A stretch of 64,000 nt of DNA. Source: Sminthopsis crassicaudata. Taxonomy: Eukaryota. The DNA lies in the NCBI RefSeq assembly GCF_048593235.1, contig NC_133622.1:199609198-199673197 (forward strand), written 5' to 3'. The position numbers and the translations under genes were made by a program. The first letter of the stretch is position 1. Each line of letters starts with the position of its first letter. Below, one piece after another: positions 48,206 through 62,330 of this stretch. Below the pieces are notes generated by a model. That model ran no database searches. It saw nothing but the letters and a program-made list of their open reading frames with translations, and had not been told where the DNA came from.

Positions 48206-50922
48206 ATGACATGCTTTCTCCCAGTCTCCAAAGATCAGCTCTCTTGTCTTATTTCTCACTCTCTGTCAATTGTGTTTGGAGGGACCCAGACCCCAGCCCT
48301 GATTTTCTGAGCCAGAGGCAACTGGGATCTGCAGTTGGATGATCTGGGACCCAAGGTTATGGTCATTTCTAAATACTGGGGAAACCAATGTTCTGCCTTA
48401 TTCAGGACTTCATTACTACTTTTACACCCCAGTTTCCTACTTCTGCTTAAAGTATAGGGAACAAACAGTGCTATGAATAGGTGATTATAACAGAAATGGC
48501 CATTCTTACCTCTTGTTCTGTAACTTGACCACAGAGAACTCCCAATACTCTGAAAATGCTCAACTTTCTCCATGCCTATTTTTATGTATTATTTAAATGT
48601 GGTTCTGGACTTAAATCCTTAGAGAAGAATACGATCATTATTCCTGGCCCAAGTTTCAGCTAAGGTACCAACAGCAGCAGCAGCTCTACAGCCTGATAAT
48701 CAGGCCCATGTCAACAACCTGCTTTTTCCTGGTCCATTCAAACCTCTAGGTCTGGCTCAAAGCTGCCCTGGCAGACAGAAGACCCTTCTCTCCACTCAGC
48801 CTCTCTAGGCTGTGAAGGAATAGCTAGTATGTTCACCTCTTAGCCCCTAAAATCTCAAGATAACCTCTTGATTCCTCTCTCAGTACTTCGGCATTTAAGT
48901 TCACTCACCCAACTGGTTAGTCAGACCAGGATCTCTTGTGCTGGTTGTTAGATTATTTTCTTGGGGGGAGGAGTCTCAGATTATTAAACAAGAGTCTGTC
49001 ATGGGTGGCAGGGGGTTTGTGAGGCTGTAAAGCAAAGGATATGGAAATGGATTGGAGTGGAAGGCTAGTTATTATAAATGAGACCTCATTTGGCGGCATC
49101 TAACAAGTTAACAAATAGGCTTTGGGGGGGGGGGGTGGCCATGAAGAATGAGAATGAATCCAAATGATCCCTGAAGCATCTTTTTGGAGGACGATGCTCG
49201 ATAGGCAAATCACCTTGATTTGTGTCAGTTGGAGGAGAGAGAAGGACCATTTCTCCCTCTCTAATCCCAAGTATAATTTAAAGAGCTTCAGAAAAGGGGA
49301 TGGAGTTTATCGCGACTTCCCAAGCGAGGAGAGCCGTCTGAGTTGTACCAGGCATTCTGTTGGAGCATTTCAGAGTGGTTCCCTCCTGAGATGGGCTCTG
49401 AGTTGATGCTTTGGGACACAGAGCCCACAGGGGGAACTTCAGGGGGACTTAGGAAACCACAGATTAGGGACACCCCAACCTTCAACAGAACACAGGAAAC
49501 TACAGACCAGCAACAGTGAAATGGTTATATGGGTGAAGTCTTAAAGAGATGGTTTCCAGGCTTTGAAATGGGCTGAGATGAGCTTCCATGGGAAGGATCA
49601 TTTTTTTAAAACTTTGGAGCAACAAATACAACTGGAAAGGTCATCGTTGGCCCAGGCCACAGAGGGGTGGTCCTGACTCTCCATTTAGATGATCTGCCAC
49701 AAGAACCACTTACTCTTTTCATCAATACCTGGTTTCAAGTGAAGGTCCCACCCCGAGTGAGCATATAAATTCATGGACTTAGGGGCCAGATAGAAATTTC
49801 CATCTGGTTTGTTTTGGAATCTCCACAACTGGCCAATTTGGGGCTCAGGCTGATGGAGTTTGGAAGAAAAACATCACAGAATAAAATAGGACCGCCTGTA
49901 ACATATACAAGTTATGAGCAATGTACAAGAACCAACGAGTAAATGTCAACAAAATGGAGAAAGGGAGAGAAAGAGAGAGAGACACGGTTAGTGGGAGAGA
50001 GAGAGAAAAAAAATGTGAACAACATAGAAACATTTATTCCTAGTCCTAAAGAGCCAATCGAATTTAGCTATTCTAGGCTTCCTGTGCTCTTCCCCCCAGG
50101 TTTGCAACCTTCCCCTCCTAGACTCTGATGCCCTCCATTCTGCCAACCAGCAGCAACCACATGGAAGAACTCTTACTGAAGTCCCTCTTCCCAGGGGCCT
50201 GCTGTTTCATCACAGGGGCTCGTGGCTTCCCCACTGGCCACACGTACCAAAACCCTGGTTGGTTGTACCTTGAGAACCCGTTAATCCAGGAGTGGGGAGC
50301 CAACCTACCTCAGAGCCCGTACTCACCGCTTGGTTGATCAGAGTCCCTTCAGAAAATGATGTCCCCCAAAAAGACTTTCGCAGAATATCAGGGTGAGCCT
50401 GTGGCCCACTGATCCCACTCAGCTGGCCATGTCCACCTGCCCCATGGCGGAGCCCAGCTTCCACCAAAGACATAGCAGGGCAGGTGGGCAGACTTCTTTG
50501 AGTTTGAGTGCTTCTCTTGGAACTCCCTTTTCTCATCCTAAGAAGAACTAGAGGTGCTGCCCCTTTCTGCGGCTCCAAAGAGGGAAAAGCCGAGAGCAAA
50601 GGGCTGTGAGGACCTCCCCGGGCTGGGGCCTGCTCCCAGTTAGCTTTGAATTCCCTATCATCCCCAGTGGACTCACTCTACAGAGACTCTGTTTCAGGTA
50701 CCCCACCATGGAGAACTGAACCAACACACACAGGAGCCAGAGCGGACATGACCCACAAAGACTGACAGATGGGAAGAACAAAAGGAGGAACAGATTTGGG
50801 CCCACGCCCGGGGTGAGAAATGGGTTTGGGGATGCTGGCTTACTCTGCTTATAGCCCAAGCCCAGCCGGTCCTTCTTGCCTAAAGGGATCATGGGCTGGA
50901 ATTGCAGCTCAGGTCAGGGTTA

Positions 50923-50949
50923 GTTGTTGTTGTTGTTGTGTTGATTGGT

Positions 50950-50994
<45 letters not shown>
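50923..50994. repeat. (GTT)5 and (GT)22 microsatellites
   Basis: Direct count: GTT 50923-50937, GT 50951-50994. Confidence 0.97.
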
Positions 50995-50997
<3 letters not shown>

Positions 50998-53599
50998 ATG
51001 GGGGTACGGGTAAGGAAGTAGAATGGGTTTGAGTATTGAGAGAAGAGGTTAAAAAGGAATTTACTTTTTGTAGGGGCAACTGTCTGGGAACCCATTTTCA
51101 CCTAGCCTGGCTGGGGTGCCCTGGGGCTGAGCTCCACCAAGGAAGAGGGAGAGACTCTGGTTTCCTGCCCCCTCACCCTTGCACTGAAGGCTACCAACAG
51201 ATGTACCAGTCACTGGGTGAGATCTGGCCACGGGTGAGCCTAGAACCCAATCTCTCATATACTTCCCACTGCACCAAACTGCCAGGTCTGGACAATGGAG
51301 CTACTGCAGTCCTTGCTAGGGTGACACTAAGAAGAAGAAACTCACCTCTCTGCTTACATGTCCGTGCTGCTGTCTTTGCCTGATTCTATACTCCCCAGTC
51401 CATCCTTTTCTCAGTGCCTGAGCTGCTCCCCTCACTGCAGCCCCTTCTACAGCAGCAAGCAGGTGATTAAAGCAGATGAGAAGCCATATAGAGACATGTG
51501 CTCAGCTATGCTTGCTGCAAATGAAGGTGTGGTGAGGGAAAGGAGGGTCCCCACCAGGACCAGATCATAGGCTTATAGGGCCATAGATTCAGAGCAGGAA
51601 AGGTCTTTAAAGATCACCTAGTCCAACTTTCTCATTCTATCAGAGAAGAAACAGAGGGGGCACAGAGAGGAGTCATTTGCCTAAAGATACACATCTACTT
51701 GCCATTTTGTGAATTTTCTATGGCCAACTTTTCCGTACTAAATTGACTTCCCCTCTACTTCCTGGTTTAATCCTGGGCAAGTTCCCCTGTGATTATTGGA
51801 ATGTTGATCTACTGGGGCGTCTTACTAGCTAGGGAGCCTGAGGTCTTAGGAGTTTTCCCTTTCCTGTAGAGAACTTTGCAGCATGGGGACTGTGGAAAAG
51901 AAAAGTCTAGCAGCAAAAGGTTACCATCTGCCATATGGAGTAGGAAGCTCACCATGAAAGCAATATGCATGTGTTCATCTGTGAATGGATGTGAATCTCT
52001 TACAAGAATAATACTTTTATTGGTTCGAAGGGTTGGGAGTATCCCCATTTCTCAAGAGAACTAAATTAAATAATACTTCCAAAAAGAGAGGACTCAGAGA
52101 TACCAGTCCTTTGCTCATAGCATTGGCTCAATCTTGACATAGAGCTCTGGGGACTGCATGGTCTGGGAACTAGAATGGTGGGTGGAACAAGGAGAACAGA
52201 TCAAGAGATGGTGAACTGCTTGGGCTCAGCTTTTGTCCTCCTTGCAATCCCGAGAATGAGAGCACTTACTTCCTTGGCATCCTAGACCAATTTGCCCAAC
52301 CCTCTAAGATCCTAAGGAAGGTTGTCTCCACTATGGTCCCTATTCTGATTTGCGATTGTGCCATCCTGAATTTGGTTGGCATGGCTACCAGCAATTCCTT
52401 AGTTAGCAAAATTCACATCTCTAGGGTGTATGTGGGCATATGTGTATGAGTGTGTAGAAGGTCACAGACTTTCTGGGTGCTATGAAAATAGACTTGCATT
52501 GCCTTTAAGGAAACTGTCTTTTGTGAATTTCAAACGTGAATAAATATGTCAAATTTAATTTCCTCCCCGATCTTATTTTGGGTGATGGGAAAAATTTTAA
52601 TGGTATATAATAATTTTTTTTCTTTTTATTCTGTCAACCCCCTAATTAGGGAGAGGAAGAAGTGATATCATATAAACCAATGAGTTATTTAGAATTAAAA
52701 ATGTCACATACCAAAAACCTATCACACAAACAAGACTCACTGTTTAGCTAATAATGAACTTGGGTGATGATGATCATCATAATAATAACAACAATAGTTA
52801 GCATTTATATTGTGCTTACATAGCACCACTTGAGAAATGACCATCACAAAAACTCCATGAGATATAGATTACACGTAGACATTGTAGAGTGGACATATGA
52901 CCCTTGGACAGATTCTATGGGCGGAAGGCACCATTATCAGAGAGAATAGGAGCAGTGCACTTGAGCATCTGCTTCCTCGGTGGAGATCCAGAAAGGGTGA
53001 ACTAGACCCTGGAGAATTTCAAGTGAAGATGTCTGAAGGGTAGTTGGCCCCCAGGCCATTCTTTTATATATACTCTTAATAACCTACCCTGCTGAAGTGT
53101 GGCAGCGGGAAGGAAAAGGGGGAAGAAATGAAGGAGAAACTAGAACAGGACAGTCAATTAATGTTGGGCAGAGATGAAGAAAAAAGAAAAATAATAAAGG
53201 ATTTCAGAATAGCAAATTAGCAAAGTGGAAATCCTTGGTGCTAATGGAAAGTGTTCAGAAAAAGCTTAGGAGGAATTTTTCATGATTCCCTTCTAGATAT
53301 GCTTAGATTTCTTGAAGTTTTGACCCAGGGTTCCATCCCTCTAAGTCTGTATCCAATCACCCTTGATTCATCTTTGTCCCTCGAGCATCTTTCCCAACAG
53401 TCCCATTTCTTCTTGTTCCTTTGAGACCCTGTCCTTCATGTTTATCCAAGATCTTCTTTACCTCCAGTCTCAACTCTCTTCCATCCTTAGAGGTCCTGTC
53501 TTTTTTCTTTTCCCAAGAATCCTTTTGTCTCTAGCCTTTACCCTCTTCTCTTGATGAAAATGTTATATCTCTTGAGTCTGAACCTTTGTTCTCCCTAAG

Positions 53600-53779
53600 C
53601 AGGGGTTCTTAATCTATGATCTGTGAAAAATATTTTTGATAATTTTCTTGCTATATGATTAGTTTTCTTTGTAACTGCATTTTATTTTATGTATTTAAAA
53701 ACATTGTTCTGAGATAGGGTCCTTAGGCTTCATCAGGCTACCAAAAGGGCCTATGACAAAAAAAACTTAGGAATTCTTG
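53600..53779. mobile_element. hAT-like MITE
   Basis: caggggttcttaatct left TIR, core tatttaaaaacattgttctgaga, flank ctctagaa. Confidence 0.8.
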
Positions 53780-56700
53780 CTCTAGAATCTCTATTCCACC
53801 AGCTCTTACTCTCCTTTGCCCATGAAGCTCCCATCTTTTTATTCTCAACTCTTCTCTACTTCCTGGAATGCCTATCTGTCCTGATTCTATCTGCTGCTAG
53901 AGCTTCTGTCCCTTCAGTTCCATCTTGAATTTTTTCCTGTACTCTTATCCCTCAAAATGGGACACACTTTCATTCCTTGGAGACACTGTTCCTCTAGCTT
54001 TGACCTTCCCCTAATCCTGAAAACCTAGGATTTCTAGCTTAAACACTCCTAGAGTTCCTTTCTCTTCAAATTAGACCCTTTGCTGCATATGAATACTACA
54101 ATAACCGACTTTTATGAACTTTAATAGAAAAGTGGTGGTTGTCTTGAAACATTTAACTTTGTAGATGATAAGAAAAACTTTTGGATCTTTCTGTTCCCTT
54201 CCTCCTTCAGAGAGACAACAAACAAACAACTAAGAGATTGTATATGAAAAGGGTCAGGATGCTAAAAGTCAAGCATTAATCAGGGTTCTTGAGAAGCCTT
54301 CTAAGAATGAGCCTGAAGTAATGGGTTGGATGAATACACTCTGAACAGAATATTCAGGTGGGTCAATCCCAAATCACTGCAGAGTATTTTGGTGCAGAAG
54401 ACTTTAACTAGAGGAAAGGGGAGACAAGGAAGCTGGATATTATGTCAAATCCTCCTAGTCTAAGGAAGACAATGAAGGCTCAGCTAAGGAACTTTAGCTG
54501 GAGATTAGCTTAGAAAGTTTAGATACCTGTCTTTGACTGGGTTGTGTATAGCTACTTATGAATATTATGTATACAAATATACTTCTAGTTATCTAACACA
54601 TACCCTGGTATATTGTTTCTGATATTGCAAGTACTCTTCTATGAAGTGAAATAGGAAGAGGAAGCAGACATGGGATGGCATTGACATAGAAGGGAAAACT
54701 CCCTGGATCAATTCAGGTTAACTCCTCTCTTCAATTTATAGTTTTAGAGAGTTCCCTAGAGCAGGGAGTCATTGGATGTCTAGTCCTATGGCCAGTATGT
54801 TTCACCAGATAAATTTGATCTCAAGATTTTCTGATTCTGAAGTTGGCTCTCTGTCTATCTCCACTATGTTGTCTCTATTCTTGTAAGAATATGTCTTTTC
54901 TGCCCTGGAGCTGGTAGTAGCAGAAGGAAGAGGAGAAATTGTGTGTGGATGCCAAAACTGGACAGCCTATTTTGGCAGCAAAAGCATGAGAATAAAAGGT
55001 AATTAAGGAATAGGCAAGATAAGAAGTCAAGTGGTCTCAAGGGCCAAAAAAGGTCAAAGGGTTCTTGCGGTCTTGAGCTAGGATTTAAGGATCGGGGAAT
55101 TATGGGGAAGACAGAAAAGTGAAAAACAAGGTCAATGCTAGGTCCACTGGATTGGCACTAAGGAACTAGTATGGCACTAAAGACAATGTGGTTCCTTTTG
55201 CAATGGAGAGATATTTCAAGGAAGGAAGCAGCTTAATGTACACTAAATGCTTACAGATTATGAAGATGCTAAATATGGTGGTTGTATTTTATAGTTAGCT
55301 AATATTATTCAAAGCCTTTCTGATTCTAATCTGTGGATGAGGAAATGTGATATCTTGTCTCCTTGTCCTTTGCAAATACACCAGTTAATGGAAACCTTCG
55401 TTGGGATGCTAAGGCATCTGACAAAAAGCAATATGATCTTACCCTCAAATAAAAATAGGAATTGGTCATTTGTCCTACTTCAACAGGTAATGATGTTGCT
55501 ATGCTACTTTTGGCTAATTTAAGCAATATTTGTTTAGATAGATTTCTACCTGACATGAAGAGAAAACTCCTAACGATGAGAGTTGTCCCAAAATAAGAAT
55601 GGGTTAACTCAGGAAATAGTGAGTTCCCCATCCCTGGAAGTCTTCAAGTAGAAGTTTTATGGTCACTTGGAAGAAATTCCTGCTCAGGAACAGATTGGAT
55701 TAAATGATTTCTGAAGTCCCTTCCAGCTCTGAGATTTGTATGGTTCTGTTATTCCCCAGCAAACTGACACGGTTTAGTCCAAGGTTCAAAGCTGTGTCCT
55801 TCTTAGACATGTTGTCCTTTTAGTCATTCCCCTCATCTTCTTCTGAAGCCCTTATCCCTCTGCTGTCCCTCCAGCCCTGCTCCTAGGATTTCTGGCCCTG
55901 CAAGAAGTAAGGTGAGGCGTCAAATGAGTCTTCCTTACAATCCTGTTCTTGCATCTCTCCCTTTGTTTCTTAGGGGTTAAACTTCAAGAAAATTCATCTA
56001 GGAGTCAAGATACTGGCCAAGAGAAGGGACTTCACCTAACAAATCCAGCTGGAAGGGATGTGGGGATCTGCTATAGCAGAAGGGGGACCCCAGTTGAACT
56101 GGGTGCTATACTACTCTTCTCATGGTGGACTAATATTCTCTTCTCTGCTTTCCCTGGGCCATAGGCTGATATGAGAAAAGGAAGAAGCAGAATCCTTTAT
56201 ATTCTTCTCCTGGCCCACCTCATGCATGACAGTAGAATGGATGCATATGCCAGCAAGGGAAGGAAGAGTGAGAGGGAATGTCAGCACCCGGGGTTGGGGT
56301 TGCAGTTGAGGTGGAAACCTTCGCAGAAATCATGAGAACAGCCTCCATAGTAAGGTGGGAGGGGGTAGAAAATGAATCCAGAGCTCAGAAATCCCCACCA
56401 CTCCCAGGCAGCTGGTCTGTCTGCCTGCCTGTCCCCCTGGGTTGAGCAAGGAGTGGGGAGAGGTGGTCTGGGACAGGACTTTTACTCGTTAGGCTAAACT
56501 CTGCATGTTCAATGGTCTGGCTTTAGCCAAGTCCACCTACCCAGTGATCCACTGCCTGCCATCAGTTGTCATTGTTCTTTTCATTAATGCCATTGACTTG
56601 GAAAACCACTGTGTCTACAAAATACATCGATGCTAGTCCATGGGTAGAGGTAGATTATGGGGTTTGAATCTTCATTCAGATCAGAGCCCCATAATTTTAT

Positions 56701-57806
56701 GTGCTATTTGTGGATTCTCATAAAACTGAGAGAGTCCCATGATGACCACTAGCCATGGAATACTAGAATATATCCCTCGGTGACTAGTATTGTTCCCCCG
56801 ATGCGGAATTCACATGAAACGGATTGTTCACTGGCTGGGTTGCTCATATTGCTGCGGTCAATCCCAGCTGGGAGGAAACCCCTTCCCTGTCCCGGGCCCC
56901 ACCTCCACCTATCCCCCCTCCCACAAGGCTGTCCCCCACAGCAGTTACGTCTAAACCTGACTGCTCGTGCTAGTACCCGTTCTCTTTCATGACCCAGCAG
57001 CCCTTTTGCATCAGGAGGCTGCTGGGGAAACTCTGGATGGACCACTCAACCCAAACCCTGGAGAGAAGCAGACATGGAGAAAGCTACTGTCGTGCCTGAA
57101 AGCTCATAGCTACAAATGCTGAACATAGCCTAGTGTGGCAGTACGGGATGGGGCGTCTGCATGCTATGGAGTATGCATGTTACAGCCAGGGGAAGCCCTC
57201 TGAGAAAGGATGGGGGCTTGGGGGCTTTAATTCTACTCAGCAGGCAGCAGGCAGGTGGTGGGACCATGCCCCCGAGCATTCTGGGCTCTGGCCTGCCCTA
57301 CCCTACCCTTCCTAAAGTTGGGTCGTGCATGATTTCTGTCCTCTAAGCCGCTAGGGGGAAAGGAGGGGGCGGTGACCCTAGGTGGAAAAGAGTCAAAGAA
57401 AACCCAAACCAAAGTCCTCTTCCTTTTCTGGAAAGCTCTTCCCACCCCCTCCACCGGACGGGCCAGTGACCTGGGTCAGAGACTGACCCTCGGCCCATGG
57501 CTCTATAAGATAGTCCAGCACCAGGGCTGTGGGGGCCTGCGAGTCTTTTCGAGGCAACATTTTTTTTTCCTCTTCCGAACAACATGAACCCGTGTCAAGC
57601 GTCAGGTGCCTTACCAGGGGACCATCGGCACTGACTCCCTCCTTCTCCGATTGGATGCTCAGCCTCTCCCAGCCCCCCCACCCAGGCTCCACATGGCAGG
57701 GTTCTGTGTGGAAGCGTGGGATGCTACCAGCTCCCTGGGCTGCCCATGGTGCTAAGGAAGCAGTCTGGCTGGATCTCAGATCTCTACAAGGGACGGAGGT
57801 GCAAGG

Positions 57807-57838
57807 TCAGATTGACATTCCTCTGAGAGGCTTCCTAC
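57807..57838 (-). CDS. KCNC1: Kv3.1a-specific C-terminus made by read-through of the exon 2 donor ([10 protein letters not shown])
   Basis: G|GT AGG AAG CCT CTC AGA GGA ATG TCA ATC TGA; the same as the known mammalian Kv3.1a tail. Stop at 57809-57807. Confidence 0.93.
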
Positions 57839-58979
<1,141 letters not shown>

Positions 58980-59383
58980 CTATCTGAATTTTTTACTCAA
59001 TTTCTGTGATTTAGGGGATTTATGGCAATTAGAAGGGGTCATTGCAAGTTCTAATTCTACCTTTGCTGTTTACTGCTCCTGTGGTACTGCTCCAAGCTGG
59101 GATCCCCCAATTAGCACAAGACCTATGGAATCACTTTTTTAGGTCTCAGTCCCTCATCTGTAAAATGAGACAGTTGGAATACATAGCCTCTAAGGTTCTT
59201 TTTAGCTTTAGATCTATGATTCTATGACTTAGGCTAGAGCCAGAGAGTTTATGAAATAAAATGACATAACATGGCAAAATCATGCTATTTAATCATCACA
59301 TTCTTCTCTGCTTCCTATTTCTGCTCCAACTCTGTCTTCATTTCATCTCTTGTATTTCAGATTTAATCATCATTTAGAGCACA

Positions 59384-59386
<3 letters not shown>

Positions 59387-59426
<40 letters not shown>
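59387..59426. repeat. (AT)20 microsatellite
   Basis: Direct count. Confidence 0.98.
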
Positions 59427-59429
<3 letters not shown>

Positions 59430-60109
59430 CAGCCCTTTGGAGGAAATGCCCCCCTCATTTTTCCCTTTTCTACTCTCTCCCCAGAAACCCAACTCTGGGC
59501 CAATTGCCCTTGGGGACTGTGAACAGGACTAATGGTGGAGTCATAATTTGGGTGTATGTTCTGTCTTTTCCTGAGCTTGATAAGTGGGGGGAGGGGAGGA
59601 ACTTTTCTGAGTGAAGACCTGGGGAGAAAGACATGAGAAGGGAAGTTGGGAGACATCACCATCAGGGGTCACTTTTTCACCTAAGATCTACTCAAATGAA
59701 TACTATATCCCAGAGATGCAGATCATCTACATTGTCTTTTGGTGTCCACACCATGAATTTTGAATCCACAAAGTACTTCATTCTTATATGTAGGACAAAT
59801 TATGGCCTGTCTTCTAAAAATTCCTTGAATTCCACTGCTAGTGCCCAAAACAAATATGCTCTGCAGAGGTTGAAGGTCATAATTTCCCAGTTGAACTTAA
59901 GATGCCTTGGAAAAACACAAGTTCCATGAAGACTGGTACTATTTTGTAGTTTCTTTTTTGCACCCCCAGATCCCTTTATAGTGTGATGTCCATAATAAGT
60001 ACTTAATAAATCAAATTAAATTGGTGGGACCAGATATAGGGCATTCAGAAAAATTCTGAAGTTGCTTTCTTGGTTTGGGTAGCTGGAAAATCTTTTCCCC
60101 CCCCTTTCA

Positions 60110-60965
60110 TATATTCAATAGTAGTTTATTTTTCCAATTACATATAAAGATAGTTTTCAACATACATTTTTGTAAGACTTTGAGTTCCAATTTTTTCTCC
60201 CTTTCTTTTTTACCTCTCCTACTCTCCAAGAAAGGAAGCAATCTGATATAGGTTATACATGTATAATCATTTAAAATATATTTCCAGATTAGCCATGTTG
60301 TGAAAGAAAAATCAGAAGAAAAGGGGAAAATCTTGAGGGAAAAAGCAAACAAACAAAAAAGATGAAAATACTATGCTTTGGTCCACATTCAGTCTCCATA
60401 GTTCTCCCTTTGGATGTAGAAAGCATTTTCTTTCCCAAGACTATTGGAATTATCATGGATCACTGCATTGCTGAGAAGAGCTAAGTCCACAATTGATGAT
60501 CACATAACCTTCCTATTACTGTGCATGATGTTCTCTTGGTTCTACTCACTTCACTCAGCATAGGTTCATGTAAATCTTTCCAGACTTTTCTGAAATCAGC
60601 CTGCTCATTTCTTTCAGAATAATATTCCATTAATCTTCAACATAAAGAAGATCCAACTCACTTCCAGTTGATCAATAATGGACAGAAACAACTACACCCA
60701 GAGAAGGAACACTGGGAGGTGAATGTAAATTGTTAGCACTACTGTCTATCTGCCCAGGTTACTTATACCTTTGGAGTCTAGTACTTGATGTGCAACAAGA
60801 AAATGGTATTTACACACATATATTGTATCTAGGTTATATTGTAACACATGTAAAATGTATGGGATTGCCTGTCATCGGGGGGAGTGGAGGGAGGGAGGGG
60901 ATAATTTGGAAAAATGAATAAAAAAAATAATATTCCATTAATTGATATACCATAGTCGTTGGAAT
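60110..60965 (-). mobile_element. Older L1 3' region hosting a younger, opposite-strand L1 (60635-60925)
   Basis: Host: tttttccaattacatataaagatagttttcaacat... Guest flanked by the perfect 17-bp TSD aataatattccattaat (60618-60634 / 60926-60942). Confidence 0.9.
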
Positions 60966-61064
60966 ATCTTTGACAATTATTCTTAGCTGTCCCTAGGAAA
61001 GTAGGGGAATGGAGGGAGGGCAGGAATAGAGTGAGTAAAAGAAATCAAGAGCACTTTTTAAAAA

Positions 61065-61300
61065 ACAAAACAAAACAAAACAATTAATTCTCCTAGGGAC
61101 TGTCCTTAACACTTTACAAATATTATTTCATCTGATCCTCAGGGAGGTAGATGCTATTATTATTCCCATTTTACAATTGAGAAAGTGGAGGCTCAGACAA
61201 GTTAAGAGACTTGCTCAGTGTCTGAGGCTATATTTGAACTCAGGTCTTCCTAACTTCATGCCCAATGGTCTAACCACTGTACCACACTTAACTGTTTCTA
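61065..61300 (-). mobile_element. MIR
   Basis: attcccattttacaattgagaaagtggaggctcaga..tatttgaactcaggtcttcc. Confidence 0.8.
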
Positions 61301-61842
61301 GATAGAAAATTCACTGTGGCTAAATGGCAACTATAAATGAAATTGGTCTGTGCACACAGAATCCTCAACTCTTAGAAGATTAAAGAGCCAGAGGGGACTG
61401 AGGAGGACATCTCGGGAACAAAGATTTAGAGCTGGGAGGAGCCTTAGAAGTTCAGCCCCCTCATTATACAGGGGAAGAAAAGGAGGTTCACTGCTTTTAA
61501 CATTCAGTAAACATTTACAGAGCACATGAAGTGCACCTCAGAAAGCAGCGGAAATACAAAGAAAAAAGCAAGAAACAACCCCTGCCTTCAAGGAGGTTAC
61601 TTCTTCCTGAGAGATGAGGTGACTTACCCACTGTTACACAGAGTAACATCAAACCCAAGTCTAATGATGACTCATTTCTAACAGCACCACAAAGATTTCA
61701 AAACTCATTCCTTACAACAACCCTGAAAAGAAGCCATGGCTCTTGTCTCCATTGATCTTCCACTTTACTGCATCGTCCACCAGAGTACCATCCGCACCAA
61801 AAATGCCTCCTTCAGTCATGTGGATTTAGAGGAAATTCTAGT

Positions 61843-62330
61843 TGTTTGTCTTTCATTCTCAAAGAGAACCATGACATTGTCTGAGTCATGATATTGTTAT
61901 GACTTGCAAGTGAATTGAATTTGAATGAGGGAGTTATCAAGATCACCTGCCTCACTTTCTCATCNNNNNNNNNNNNNNNNNNNNNNNNNNNNNNNNNNNN
62001 NNNNNNNNNNNNNNNNNNNNNNNNNNNNNNNNNNNNNNNNNNNNNNNNNNNNNNNNNNNNNNNNNNNNNNNNNNNNNNNNNNNNNNNNNNNNNNNNNNNN
62101 NNNNNNNNNNNNNNNNNNNNNNNNNNNNNNNNNNNNNNNNNNNNNNNNNNNNNNNNNNNNNNNNNNNNNNNNNNNNNNNNNNAGATATAATTATAGTCAT
62201 ATAGATATAAATATAGATATAGAGATATAAATGGATGGATGGATAGATAGATGGACAGATATATAGATCAGGATGATTAGAGATGGCCCAGGATGCAGAG
62301 GGATACCTTGGCCTTTTTAAATAATTCTCA
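61843..62330 (-). mobile_element. RTE-related (Mar3-type) element spanning a gap and an (ATAG)/(ATGG) repeat
   Basis: gttgtttgtctttcattctcaaagagaaccatgacat..gacttgcaagtgaattgaattt, and ggatgattagagatggcccaggatgcag. Confidence 0.7.
61965..62182. other. Assembly gap (218 N)
   Basis: Run of N next to an (ATAG)/(ATGG) microsatellite. Confidence 1.
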
